Made by a program: the position numbers and the translations under genes | In this document: in pieces, positions 47,401 to 60,870 of the stretch | How positions within the stretch are numbered: the stretch's first letter is position 1 | How the letters are laid out: each line of letters begins with the position of its first letter | NCBI RefSeq assembly: GCF_035083965.1 | Contig: NC_089740.1 | Location: 9,044,596-9,108,595 of the forward strand | From: Branchiostoma lanceolatum | Lineage: Eukaryota | Length of the DNA stretch: 64,000 nt | Reading direction: 5' to 3' | The notes under the pieces: model-generated | Seen by the model: the letters and a program-made list of their open reading frames with translations, nothing else | Told to the model about the DNA's origin: nothing | Database searches by the model: none

Positions 47401-49619
47401 TACTCGTAGAAACGTCATGAACATTGACATGCGTGCACTACTTGTAACAATGTCTTAAAGGTCACGTTAATGTCAAGGGTTGGCCTCGGTTTATTACGTT
47501 CCGAAAATAGCTTCAACTAACGAGCAGATTATTGACTTAAACTAAGGTCTTGCTTAAGCTTGTTCGTCATTCGTTTCGAAACCAGTTGTAAAAGCGTATC
47601 AACGTTATATGGCAAATCGAGACTATCGCAATAACGTAGCATCCGATAATGAAAATTCGTAGATTCGGATTATCTTTTGTAGTTATATTTGTCTGAAATT
47701 GGTTTATAGACATATCAACTACGGGAGGTTGAAGTATTCGGTGCTTATCGTGCAGCTTATTCTCATGCACACAGTGTAACGGAGTGATTCATGTCTCGCC
47801 ATTTCTGTATATTACACAGTAACGGGGCAGCCGTGTGTATGATGTCGTAACCTGTACACTTGTAGGGTTATCAGTCATGTCTACCTTATGCCGAGGTCAC
47901 GTCAAGGTCGTCGCACGATTTTGATGTCAACCGACAAGAATGAATGACCGACAAGATCTGAGGCAGTATCTTACGTAGAGCCCCGACCCTCTCACTGCAT
48001 TCGTTGCGGTTGATCGAATTCAAAGGCAAAGCACTCAACGAATTTTATCGACAAAAAACGAATCTTTTTAAGCTTTGTGTGTTGTGTTGTCTGTTTGGTC
48101 ATACTTGTAGGTTTTGAATGATATTCGCATTATAAAGTCAAGGGTAACACAAATCCAGTTTAGGACGCAGCGACGCCGCCAGCGTGTCGCGGGTCGAGTG
48201 AGAGGGGGGGGGGGTGCTTTTGCAAGGTATCTGAATTTTATAGGACACATGCATGACTACCTCAAGAGTGTCTTCAGTTTCAGTCGCACGACGATCGTGA
48301 GACGTAAGTGACATGGGCTCTGATCTTGTTGTAATTAGAGGCACTATAATGATAAAACTTGCCGTATGCCGTGGGAGTTAAATGTGGTCCACATTGGAAA
48401 AGTAGGACCATATAACACCAATGTAACTTCTACCGACACATCACTTTTAAATGGTCTTTTCATTTCGAGTTATATGTGCAAGGGTGGTTGGCTTCAATTT
48501 CCTTTGGTGTACCGGGGTCTAATTTACAATTCCTACTTTGGAAGATATGAATTGCTAGTAAATGCCATGCTAACGGTGCATGACTGACATCCGCAATATC
48601 TTTCTGGAGCAAGGTTGAAAAGCAAATTGCCAAGACAAAAATTTGACTCACCCCATTTTCGACTGTCCAACGTCACGGATGCAGTGGGTTGTTGAATCCT
48701 TGACAAAGATTGATCTCGGACAGCTAAAATATGGGCAAGGCCAAATTGTGTGTTGAAAATCATAGTTCAGCCCGGCTTTAGAATGATTGATACCAATACA
48801 GATGAAATTCCAAGTGATCGGTTATATCATTGCTATCGCATGTATTACTCACGTTTTCTGATCATGATTTCTTTTCCTGCATTTGTATGACTCTACCCTT
48901 GTTTTAGACTTTCCGTCCAGAACTACACAAATAGAATTAGAAACATGATATCGACCTGACTGTTTGGTGCTTGTAACAAATCAGCTGAAGCTAAAGGTCG
49001 GTGAACCCACGTATTTATACCTAATTGGGTTTATCTAAATCATGCTTTTAACGTTCCCACAAGGTATTGAATTACCACTCGTCGCACCAGGCGTCTGTCG
49101 GTACGAGGGCCAATTAGCAACAGGAGGTAGAAAAATGACTTCCTGTTACAAGAAGGTCTTTCGTCTTAAAAACATCGCCAAGACGCTCAACGCTGTAGGT
49201 TACCTTCTTAAGAAGGCCTAATGATTTTCTTTGATTACGGCAAACTTAAGAGGGAGGCTGTTTCTTCAGGGTGAATAGCATAAACGTAAATCACAGTAAC
49301 GTTATATCTTAGACGGTGTGCGTGTGTGTTTTAGTATTCAGAAGTTGGTTCACTGCGACCCCCAGGGGTAATGAACATTCTGCGTTTGACGCTTAACGAT
49401 GCATGCGGTGAATCCTGGCGTTCTATGATCCCACTAAACTGCGATCTCTTGTGACGATCCCAACAAATAATATCTGAAATTTCCTTCCTTTAATTGCGTT
49501 TACGAGTTCCCTACTCGCAAGCGGACGTTTAGAAGCTACAGTAAGCAAATGTCGTGTAATGCGACCGAAACACAGAATTTGTGAAAACGTCTTCAACTAA
49601 AAATGGTAAACACATTATC

Positions 49620-50520
49620 ACTACTCTGAGTTGTTTTCAAGATTTTGTGCCGTATCTTCTGTAGCTCAGAAGACGGTGGTGCCCGGTACGCGTGCTCAGA
49701 GTGCAAATTTCACCATACCTGAGTCAGCATTAACTTTGACCTAACATCTAAGTTACAAAAGCCTCATTATCACCAACTGTAAACAAACACACTTATCACA
49801 GCACTGTTTATTCTTATGCAGTTGACACGGTATTTTCAGCTGTAGAAGTCGGCGCTGCCCCATACTATACAACCCTAAACGTCAAAACCTCTTCCTATTC
49901 CGCCTCGACTGTTAAAAACCGCTCTGACAGTTCTATGAGTTCTCTGAGCGGTTTTGTGCTTGTTGACGTGATATCTAAAGTCACAGAAGACGGCGCTACC
50001 CCATACTAGGAGTTATTCAAGAAAGATGTGACTTAAAACGTAGAGAATTTCCTCTTGTTTCACCTTACCGGTGTTAGCATCCGTTTTGACTGTTCTCTGA
50101 ATCGGTTTTTGCGTTTGTTGCCGTGATTTCTTAAATCATAGAAGGCGGTGCGCATCAAACGTTAAACGTTAGAATTTCGTCCGTCTCACTTGTGCCAGCA
50201 TCAGTTTTGACTGATCTATGTGGCACTGCGATTTTTTGTGCTGAGGTGGTATGTATCTAGACTAAAGAAGGTGGTGCTATCCCATACATTGAGTAGCAAG
50301 AAAAAATGTGACTCAAGGCGTTAGAAACTTTTGTTGTTACATCTTACCTGTGCAAGCTTCCATGTTGACTGTTGTCTGAGCGGATTTTGTGTTTGTTGAC
50401 GTGATCTTAAATCTAAGAATGCGGTGCTATCCCTTTTTAGCGTACGAATCGACTCTAATCGTTAAAAAAAAAATTCCCGCCTTACCTGTGTCAGCATCCT
50501 CTTCGATTGTTCTCTGAGCG
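49620..50520. repeat. Tandem repeat, about 150-bp unit x 6 (core ..ttgactgttctctgagcggttttgtgcttgttgacgtgatatctaaagtcacagaagacggcgctaccccatac..)
   Basis: The core aga(a/g)g(a/g)cggtgct..cccatac recurs at about 49660, 49838, 49975, 50128, 50262 and 50412. Confidence 0.75.
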
Positions 50521-50799
50521 GCCTTTTCCCGTTATAGGTCCTCCTCAGTTGTGTCTTACACGTCTGCATGCGGCTTCCAAAACAGCCCATGCCTTCCGCC
50601 TCACCGCTGCTCCGTCTCTTATCTAGGATCCCCGTCACTCTGCTGTGCAGTCCGCCCATCCCGTGCCACTTCCTCCTCCTCCTGTGATATCACCGCACTC
50701 ACGTTAACGTCTCAGCTTCCCGATGTTCTCACCTCGCCGCCTTCAGGCGTTCATTTGCTCTGATTGCTCCGCAAATTCGCTTCCGGCACCCTCTTCCTG

Positions 50800-51190
50800 A
50801 GCGGAGTATTAGATCTGAGCATTTGCTTCCAGGGGACGATGCGTTAGATGATTTAAAAGGAGGATGTCAATTGGACATATCAAGGGAAAGGTCGTTACTT
50901 AAAGAAAAGACTGCAAGGGACATGTATGTGTGACCAAGGTTTTGAAAATTTGTTTCCAGGGGACGATGCGTTTGATGATTTAGAAGGAGGATGTCTCTTG
51001 GATATACAAAGGGAAAGGTCGTTACTGAGAGAGAAGAGAGTACAAGGGGCATAGATGTGGGACCTGAGATCTGAGAATTTGCTTCCAGGGGACGATGGTT
51101 TGATGATTCAGAATGGGATGTCTCTTGGATGTATTGAGGGAAATTTTACTGATAGAAATGAGTGGAAGGGACATGCATGTATAGCCGTAT
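50800..51190. repeat. Tandem repeat, about 130-bp unit x 3 (ttgcttccaggggacgatgcgttagatgatttaaaaggaggatgtc...)
   Basis: Copies start near 50822, 50952 and 51082. Confidence 0.8.
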
Positions 51191-51612
51191 ATTTTCAATT
51201 CACACGGCTCAATATATGATATCAATTTAGAAAACCGCGATTTTACTAACTAAAGGCTTATTTTATGCAGTGAGATACTTTGGTATTCCATATTTGGTAT
51301 TGATATTATACTTTGAGCAGAATCTGCGCTGTGATCGGGTGTTCAGGGTATTGATTGACAGCCAATCGAGGCTTCGATTTGCTGCCACTTTTTGATTGGT
51401 TCAGGTCCTTTAATGTTTCTCATTTCCCGTCCGATCATTACATCAAATGGTCCGGATTTGTAAGGACTTGTATGATGATTTCATTTAGATATTGCGTAAC
51501 AGTGATAACGCTGTGACAGTCTAAAATTCGATTCAGATACAAAGAATATGCCAATCGCGATAGAGATAGGGAGAGAGACAGAGAGAGAGTCTCTGTGTGT
51601 GTATCTTTGTGT

Positions 51613-51614
<2 letters not shown>

Positions 51615-51667
<53 letters not shown>

Positions 51668-51749
51668 TCTCTCTCCCTCTCTCTCTCTGTATTTGTGTGT
51701 GTGTGTGTGTGTGTGTGTGCATGTGTGTGTTTGTGTGTGTGTGTGTGTG

Positions 51750-51826
<77 letters not shown>
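51615..51826. repeat. Compound (CT)~37 then (GT)~65 microsatellite
   Basis: tctctctctc... then gtgtgtgtgt... Confidence 0.95.
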
Positions 51827-51828
<2 letters not shown>

Positions 51829-54800
51829 CACTGTTAGCCCCCTGCTACTTGTTCAGGGTTGACTGAACGTCAACTAAGCCAATAAACAACGTAAATCGGA
51901 ATAGATAGCTGAAGTAGCCAGCAACTAAACTCAAGTTCCTTTAGTGTGATGGTTTCGGACAGATTCACTCTAAAGATTACTTCCAGTGCATATAATGGCG
52001 CGCTTCAGTGGCCACCACATATCAGTCAGACAGCGGTGAATGCACTCTGAGAGCGCAGAGCTTACCGCACAGAATTTGCCCTTAAAGGACGTAAAGGTAA
52101 AGGTAGTCCCATAGCCTTTTTGAGGCCTTAAGGGCAGTGGGTTGTTATCAACTGTCTAGACTATGTATTAGAAGGTGGAGCCCATTCCTCTTCTTCCAAG
52201 CCTTTTACCTCCCAAACGGCAAACTGAAGTCAGGTACCCATTTTTACACCTGGGTATAGTGAGGAAAGTCGTGGTAAGTGTCTTTCCCAAGGATCAAGGC
52301 AGAAATGCCAGGAATCGAACCCATGCCCTTTTGATCTCGTGTCCGCTAACGTGACCACTAGCCTAGCCACTTGGTCACTCACTCAACGCCACATATTTAC
52401 CCATTACAACAGACGAGCCTTCCAATTATACGATATATCCATATATGATACTCTACAATTCATGAAGTATCAGCGAAGATATGGTTCATCAAATTCAAGT
52501 TTCCAAACTTTTTGCGTTACGTTTGAAAAGTTCTTACACGACAACAAAGAATTGTTTGTCATTATTCACATAATGCTGTGACAGCTACCTCTCTAAGGAC
52601 GTCCTGTACAAGTCTCGATGGTTCCAGCCTGTTCACAACGATCAGAGTTTTGTGACTTGAGAACACGTTTCCTGGTGCTCAGGTAAGTCCACCTGACAGG
52701 TAAGGCAAGGCAGTCATCCTCAATTAGGTGAAGCATATTGCTTTTTCAAGTAGCCGGTAGTACTGCAATGCGGCTTCAGCCAAGCGCACCGAGTCACCCC
52801 TACCCTTCTCGATATGTGGGCTCTTTTATGTGCTGACGGGATGCCGGCTTTACGTCACCATCCTAAATGACGAATGAAAAACATATCCGAGCTGGGTTTG
52901 ATCGTAAGATCGAAAGTCTTTCTTAATAATGAATGTAAAAGTTATAATAAATTTAGGAGTTATTTCCGTACACAAAGTAAAGCGTCTCTCTTGGATGTCT
53001 ATCGCGCAGCGATGATGACGTCAATGGCGTCGCATCGTGAGACCGCAGGCCGAATGCAGAGCTAGAGGCGCAAATGCGCCCACAAACCGGGCACATGACA
53101 GAAAAGCGTCTACCAAAAAGCTTTCGACCAGTGTTATGGTAGAGACAACCATCGCCCATCCGTCAACAGAGACGGGGGCCGATACCCACTTCCAGGCACC
53201 TTTGACCCGTTGTTGACGTCACACTTCCGCTTGGGTCTAGTGACGTAGGCTTCGGGTCAAATCAACTAGAGATGGGACAGAGTACTTGTCGAAGCTTTTT
53301 GGTAAGGCCAGGAAATAATGCGTAAATCCATTAATAAGCGATGGGATTGTTAACGTGCTTAAGGTTTTATTCCATCAAATACGGGTACCGGTCTGACGGG
53401 TGAGCGTGTGCAGTCCACAGGGAAAGCAGCACCTACGTGTAATACACATGTCTGGAATTGATCGGAACTTTGACAGGTTGGTTTGATTCCAAACCTGGGT
53501 TGTGATTCACTACTTAGCCGGATCGCAGATCATTATTTAACCGCATGCTATCCCTACATGTATGATTAATGTGTTTTCTTGTCCAAAATTGGGCTAAATG
53601 TCAGGCTTAGCATATTCGACCACTGACATGGAATTAAAACGTAGATCAAACAAGAAGATGGTGAAAGTAGGTCAGAGGTGTCAGATACGCCATTATTGGT
53701 TCCTGTTAATTAACACGAATCTTTTACCTAAAGCCGTCTGGTCACCCACACAGCTAGAGTTCCACTTCCCAGTGGTACGAGCTCGCAGTCTGGCTCAGCC
53801 TAAAAAGCAGTTTTATCATCGTCGTCTCGTTTTTAATTGGGGTATAATATAATCAAAAAGGAGAAAGACTTCACAAGGCAAGGCAAGGCAAGACAGTCAA
53901 GTACTTATTTAAATATTTTGATTTCTTTCCAACTTTTCAATGTTACTAACACTTAGACAAAGGAAGAACGATAGAAAAAGGATGTGTCGAGCTACCCATG
54001 ACACTGTTACTTGTCCGCGTGCTCCAACCAACTCCAGCCAGCTTGACACATCAAAATAAAGTAAGGACATAAAATACAGTTTACAACAATAGACTAACAC
54101 GTCAAGGGGGAAGAACCATTACCATCGTCATCTTTGGCATGGATAAAAAGTTGCTGTATTATCGTCGTCTTTGACAGCGACCGCAGCCCAGGGTTGCTGC
54201 CCGGGCTTGTGGTTTCGTTGGTGGTCCAATAATGATCCGAAGACCATTACCGCGTGTTCGGCATACATGGCTTGCTGACGTGCTCAGCGCATACGTAGTG
54301 GTACAATTGTTTTTATTTCAAGAGAGTATATAAAACTATTCTTCCATGCTGTAATTTTGTCCCTAAGCCGCTAGGTGATAAGGATGCGTTCATTTGTCAT
54401 AAAAATCGGACCTGTGATATTGTTATTACTTTCTACAGTGGTCTATCTGGGCTGAGTCCCATCGCCATTGTACGTTCGGATGTTGACGTAAATATGGTGG
54501 ACCCGTGTATGGGGGAGCTTATGGCGTCAAACTTCTGCGAGTGAAAAAAAACAACAACACTTTTATCAAGAAGAGTCGGAGGGACCTAGTGCGCTTGACT
54601 GAATACGCGAGCCGTATTAAGCCGCATTGCGCTTACCAGCTTCTTGGAAAAAACATCATGCTTCACCTCAACTGAAGGTGACTGCTTCACCTTAGTTTAC
54701 CTTTATCTCCACTGTGTCTAGAGACCAGCTTGATTGAAGACACATTAACTGCAGCGGTTTTTGACAAACATGCAGATAGATTGTAAGTCACCGGGGAATG

Positions 54801-55679
54801 TTTTTCTGACGGCTTGCACGTTATCGTTCACACCGAAGGAATTCTGCTACTCTCTCGTTAGATCAAAATCCACGATAGACCGAAACTAACGACGACAGTG
54901 CAGATTCCGCTGAGAACATTTCACTGCATCTGAGTTCCTTCAGATCTCGTTTTAATCGAGCGCCATCTATTGTAAAATAGTGTGAACTGAAATCTCACTG
55001 GAATAGCACACACTACGATTTAAAATCGATAGAATTTCTAGAACCCCTTTATGTCTATGTGACGCTACATTCAATGGGAGAATCAAATATTTGCCTACAA
55101 GTTTCCCTTCTTCTCCTAGGATACTGTCACTAGCTGTGAAACTGTTTTTTTAATAAATAAAGGCCCTAAGAAATAGATGATACACAGTGAAAGCAATTAA
55201 CAAACAACCAGCATATTAACAAGAATGTATTGAAAATGTATTGACAAAAGATATTAATATTAAACAAAATTGAGAAATAAATGCAATTCTGTAAGCATCG
55301 TGATAAACAGATCTGACTTAACTTTACTGTTTTACACCTACAGTTCACATATTTGAAAAGGTTGCTTGTAAGAGAAAACCATCTCGGAGTCTTTTCTGAA
55401 AATTTTCCATTCTGTTTGAGTATTCACTTTGAGTATTCACATTGAGTGCCGGTCAGTAGATAATGTGGTTGTAATATGATGTGGGGCACTGACTGTTCAA
55501 AGTTAGACAGAGACTTGTCAAGTTTGACATCATTCTGTCGTTAACACAACTATACAGCTCGACCGCCATGTTCCCGGCATGTTTCTCCATTTCGTATACC
55601 GAGATTAGCCTTTCAATTTCTCCCTGGAAGAGCATAATCCTCGCTGGAAGGTTTTCCACTGACATCAATGGAAATTCCT

Positions 55680-56090
55680 GATCCCTTTTTGCCGACGGAA
55701 AAGAAACCTTGGCTTCGATTTCAGCATCTAAGGCGGTTTCCTTTTCCCAGAGAGAAATACAGCGTTGTAAAAGCTTGAACTTTGAGATTATAGTCTTACT
55801 TTCTTATTCGTCTTCTTCGGAAGTAAAATATTCTTTCAAGGCCAAAGTCTAAGACATAGTCCCAGTAAGGACACTTTGGGCTTTCCCCACAATAAGCTTT
55901 AGGTGTAAAAGCTCTTGCTTTGAATTTCCTTTTCCAAGAGAGAAGTAACATCTCCTTTCAACGGCAGTCTAAGACATTTCCCCGCAAAAGCATTAGGCTG
56001 AAAAGCTGCTGCTTTTGATTTCAGTCTTGCTATAGTAATTCCTCTGCCTAAGTCGAGCTGTCTGCCATCAGAAGGAGACCTCTTCACGTT
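55680..56090. repeat. Degenerate tandem repeat, about 110-bp unit (gtctaagacat..cccc.caa.a.gc.ttaggtgtaaaagct.ttgctttgaatttc..)
   Basis: Copies recur at 55850, 55960 and 56170. Confidence 0.55.
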
Positions 56091-56759
56091 ATCAACGGTT
56101 TAATTAAGAACACGTTCTTATTCTTCAACTTGATACCCCCAAGACGTTATGAGCTAAACCTTCTCCTTGATATATCACGTCTAAGACATCCCGATGCAGC
56201 GTTCAGATGGCTTGTGGGCGAAAGTATTAGCTTGTCAAAGCTTAACTCGTAATTCCGTATCCTCTGTGAGCAGAGAAACACGGTTGCATGTTAATATCAC
56301 CGGCTTGATTAAAGCACGGTTTCATCCTTCCGCTCATGGCAACGAGTCGATCAAAGGCTTTTTGACATGTTGTTACGGCGCAGTGATTTGAATGATCGGA
56401 ATGTATGAATTTCTAGACGTTCTGTCTACGGCGCCGTACAGGGCTTGAAATCAATAACAACCCAGAAAAAGCAATATGAAACATTCCACTAACTGGGGCA
56501 AACTCTGAGTCAAGCAGCCCTAGCTGCATACATGTACATATACGTACACGTGTATCATTGCGACTAGGCATCACAATTTATCATCTGGCATTGTTACTCT
56601 GTTTTGGAAAAAAGTGGTGTGTTTGCGTATTTCAATTTGCACTGGAAACCCCAGACAATAGCGGCACGATATCTCTTACAAACGTCGTACGACGACTTGA
56701 GGACATTTTTGGGACTTTTGTGGGCGTGTCGTACGAATTTAACGACAAAGCTAAGGCTG

Positions 56760-57300
56760 TCGTACATCGCTGTTGTTTCTCTCATGATAGTCTCGATGAA
56801 ATAACGCACGGCAAAATAATCTCCTACACTCGTACGAGACGACAACACCTTATGATCAATATAAAAAAAGGTTTGCTGTCATGACGAGTTTTTCTGTGCA
56901 ATTTCTGGATCCTTTCAAGAGGCAACACAGTACAGAAGTTGCTATCAATGTTGGTTCTGTCATAGTCTCGTTGAAAAGTTCTACGACAAAATCATCGTGT
57001 TCACTCGTACGAGGTGACAACACCTTATGATCAATATAAAAAAAGGTTTGCTCTCCTGACAAGTTTTTCTGTGCAATTTCTGGATCCTTTCAAGAGGCAA
57101 CACAGTACAGAAGTTGCTATCACTGTTGGTTCTGTCATCGTCTCGTTGAAAAGTTATACGACAAAATCATCGTGTACAATCGTACGAGGCGACTGCACCG
57201 TACGATACATGAAAAGTTTTTTTCTCTCCTGACAAGTTTCCGCGTGCCATTTCTGGATCCCTTCAGGAGACAACACGGCACTGACGCACTCCCACACATC
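56760..57300. repeat. Tandem repeat, about 175-bp unit x 3 (..caagtttttctgtgcaatttctggatcctttcaagaggcaacacagtacagaagttgctatca..)
   Basis: Near-identical units at 56868-57042 and 57043-57212, with partial units on both sides. Confidence 0.85.
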
Positions 57301-60300
57301 CGGGACGGACGTCTGACGAAAATGTATGACGTCCGTTTCCCAGAAAACAGTCTAGATTACGTCAAACCAGGATCCACACGATAACCTCCGGTCTACAACA
57401 ACAAGTACTTCCTTACTGCGTGCAATAACGAGTGACTAATATATCGGCTTATCTCTTAGTATCACCAGTTTCATGGATCCTCCATTTCACAGTGCTGTTG
57501 TGATTTCTGCACCGAAGCGCGTGTATAATTCCACTTCGCTTGAGATAGGCGCAGTGTAAGCTCGCTGACGCGCATTGTCCCAGAGGAAGGCGCTTGCGTC
57601 ATTCACGTTCGCAGTGCTTTTAAAGACGTAAGTTTGGGAGAGCAGCTGTCAGGTCATGTCAAATCTGTACGTGGTATCGTTTCTCATTACACAAATCAGG
57701 GTGTGGACGAAGACTTAATTCAGCATGGGCGCATCCAAATCCTCCACCAGGCGTTCCTAAGAGGTTATAGTTGTACGTGTAGTAGTCCACTGTGTTCTGC
57801 TTCTGCAGTAGTCTGGACACCAAGAGGTTATTGACAATAAAAATCGTGTGTAAGTGAGGGAGAAAGAAATAAGGGGATATAAACTGAAAAGGCTCAATCG
57901 AAGGTGAGAGAAAGACCGCTAGACATGACAACCAGGATTTTACAATTGCTTTACCAGTAAGCATGGGCAATCGCACTGTTGATTCAAACGCTTGGAAAAC
58001 TGCTGTAACAAATTACCTGGCAGTATTTGAACCATCTGTTACATCCAGATTTTGCAGATATGCAAACTGTGGAACGGGGCTAATTAAACACCGGAGATGA
58101 CTTATTGAAAACGTGACTATGGTTTATGTAACGCTCATTAAGTGTAATTAAGGAGAGGATGAATGTATGTGATAAGCTGTAACGTCAATTAGGTCACTGT
58201 GGGAGGCATCAATATAGTGGCGTTTGCTTAATGGTTTTGGAAAATCTAGTGAAGCACCGACCAAGCAGTTTTAACGGAAGAAGAGAAGGAAGGAAGATTG
58301 TTTTTTACGAAACACAAATTTCGAAAATAATAGAATAGAAAACGGTGATAGGATATTACTAACTCATTATACATCCAGCAGGTTTTATGAAAACAAAAAT
58401 GCCGTTTACAAATTTGTCATAACTTTGTATGCATGTGTCTGAAAGGCACTATGGTCCATGTGACGCCTTGCATGGCTCTAAATGAGCTATTTAACCGCCT
58501 GGGATGACTAGTCTACAATATGAACTGCCCTGACTAATGGAAATAGAAAAGTGACAAATTTTCCCTCGTAGGCAAAAATCCAAGTATTCACTCTGCTGCA
58601 AGCTGGTCAGTTAAGATAAGGTTGCAAAATTGGTTTAATAGTGTGCAAGACGGAGATATAGCCAAACAAACAAAAAGTATGACTCAGGTTTTGGTACATA
58701 TTGTAAAGAAGAGCGAACAGCGATTCATCCACCCTACTGTAATTGCTTTCGTACATAGCAACTTTGGAAACACTTGATTTATTCAGAAGAAAGAAAGAAA
58801 TAAGACGATAATTATATGAGTTATAGTCACGGGAAGTTGTGTGTATAGCTCCGATAATTATCACGAAAGCGATTTAATACTTCTTCTTAAATGAAAAAGA
58901 CAGCAACATACAAACAAACAACACACTAAGAATATTTTTCGACTACAACTTTATGATGCCCATAAGAACGTCCCCAAACCACAGTACACACGCCACCTCA
59001 TTTTCTCTTATCTTAGTCTTGCAGTTGTAGCCATCCATTGTTGTATAAATGGCAGTTGTTCAATAAGAACATTAAATATATTTTTCTTCAATCCGTCAAA
59101 GAAAAGAAACTGCCTGTCTTAAATAGTTGCCTCTTGTTCACGCGGGTGTCGATCATTGTTGACTTGGTTTTCTAAAAACCGAAGATATATACGGGCACCG
59201 GCAGAATAGGTACTTGGTTTGACAAATATCTCCACAAATGCAGTTACAAAGATTTGAAGAAATGCATGTACAACGGAGTTACTTACATCAAATGCTGTCT
59301 AGGGTAGATGCGCACTTCAGAAGATGCAGTAAAGTATTGTAGACCCATTAGAGGGAGCTTTAAAAGCGTTCAGTACCCTGTGAATGGCCATTCCGGCTGT
59401 CAAGACGGGCGGTTTGTAGAAGAATCCTAAAACCACATATTCAGTCAAACGACCGACTTTTACCTCTTTGGACGTACTTAACTTACTAGTTCAGACCTTC
59501 CACAAAGGTTTTTGACGACTGTATTTTGACAATCATCGAAACACAGGTGGACATTACGACCTCTCAAGCACCGAGTCTAGACATCATGGTCTATATAAGC
59601 TTGACCGCCATACGGTAAATACTGGTTAAGGTGCTCGATGATAGGTATATATACAAGTCTATACAATACAGCTACAATAGAGAGGTAGTGGCGTACACTT
59701 AGTGGTTTCATGCTTTTATTCAACATGTGTGAATGATGAAGCGGTTTACTGAATTACTAGTTTCATTGAATACTGAATAGGAATGGAGATTTTGTAACAA
59801 CAAGGCTGAAATCGTCTTCAAGTTAACAGTTCAGGAAATTATTTTGATGTCGGTCTTTAAAGTTTCTTTTCAGTTTTAAATCTCTCCCTTTCTATTGTAC
59901 TTGTTTCGTCTCCAAAACGTATTTCAATGGAAGGCTTTTACTACAGAATCCCTCAATAAATTACGCCATACCTCAGTCTGCTACTGCCGGCCATGGTGTT
60001 CACATCGGTGTAGGCCCGGCGAAGACAGTTTACCAACTTGAAGTTACTATTGAAAACACCTTTTGAAATATAGAGAAAATAGATAAGGAATTAAAGTATG
60101 GTTGGGCATATCGTACAAACAAATCAGCCTCACCTAAACATTCAAGAAAATGCAGTACAGAAAATACACCACTGAATTGTTTTGCTCAGCCTGGTAGTAT
60201 GAAACATTGGATGGCAATTACAGTGCTACATAGCCTCGGTCTATACGCTGGTTTATAAATACTGGAGAGAACATACTTATTGCTTTTACCTTGGGTAAAG

Positions 60301-60539
60301 AAATGTGCGGTTTAAACATATCAGAAGCAAACCACAAAATGATATACAGCTCGCGACTATCGGAATCTATCGCACCATCTCTCTTAGACCTGGAACTAAT
60401 AAATTGACTGTTGCAGATCCCCTGTCCATGGTACTGAATACTTTCTTGTTATTACCTTCTCCACCGTTATCTCCCAGAAGCCGCCAAGGCGCCGTCTGAA
60501 AGATCCCTAGCGTGTTAATAGAGAGGAATCAAAGTTCAA

Positions 60540-60870
60540 AGGCACTCCACCAAATCCTATTAAGCGGCAACAGTAAATTGCTATTAATATAGTCTGTAGA
60601 TTATGGGCCTTTACAGTTTTGAGGGTTTTCCGGTGGAGTTCTTAATGGGTAAAAGATCAAAGGCAAGGGTAGATGGTATCCGTACTTTTGAATTATTCCG
60701 TTGCAAATCCTCTTAAGCGGTATGAGTAGATTGCTATTAATATAGTCTGTAGATTATGGGCCTTTACAGTTTTGTGGGTTATCCGGTTGGTTTCTTAATG
60801 GGTAAAAGATCAAAGGCAAGGGTAGATGTTTATCCGTACTTTTGAATTATTCCGTTGCAACTCGGGGATT
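60540..60870. repeat. Tandem duplication, about 165-bp unit x 2 (..taagcggcaacagtaaattgctattaatatagtctgtagattatgggcctttacagttttgagggtt..). Diverged copies at 61090-61340.
   Basis: Units at 60550-60712 and 60713-60870. Confidence 0.8.
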
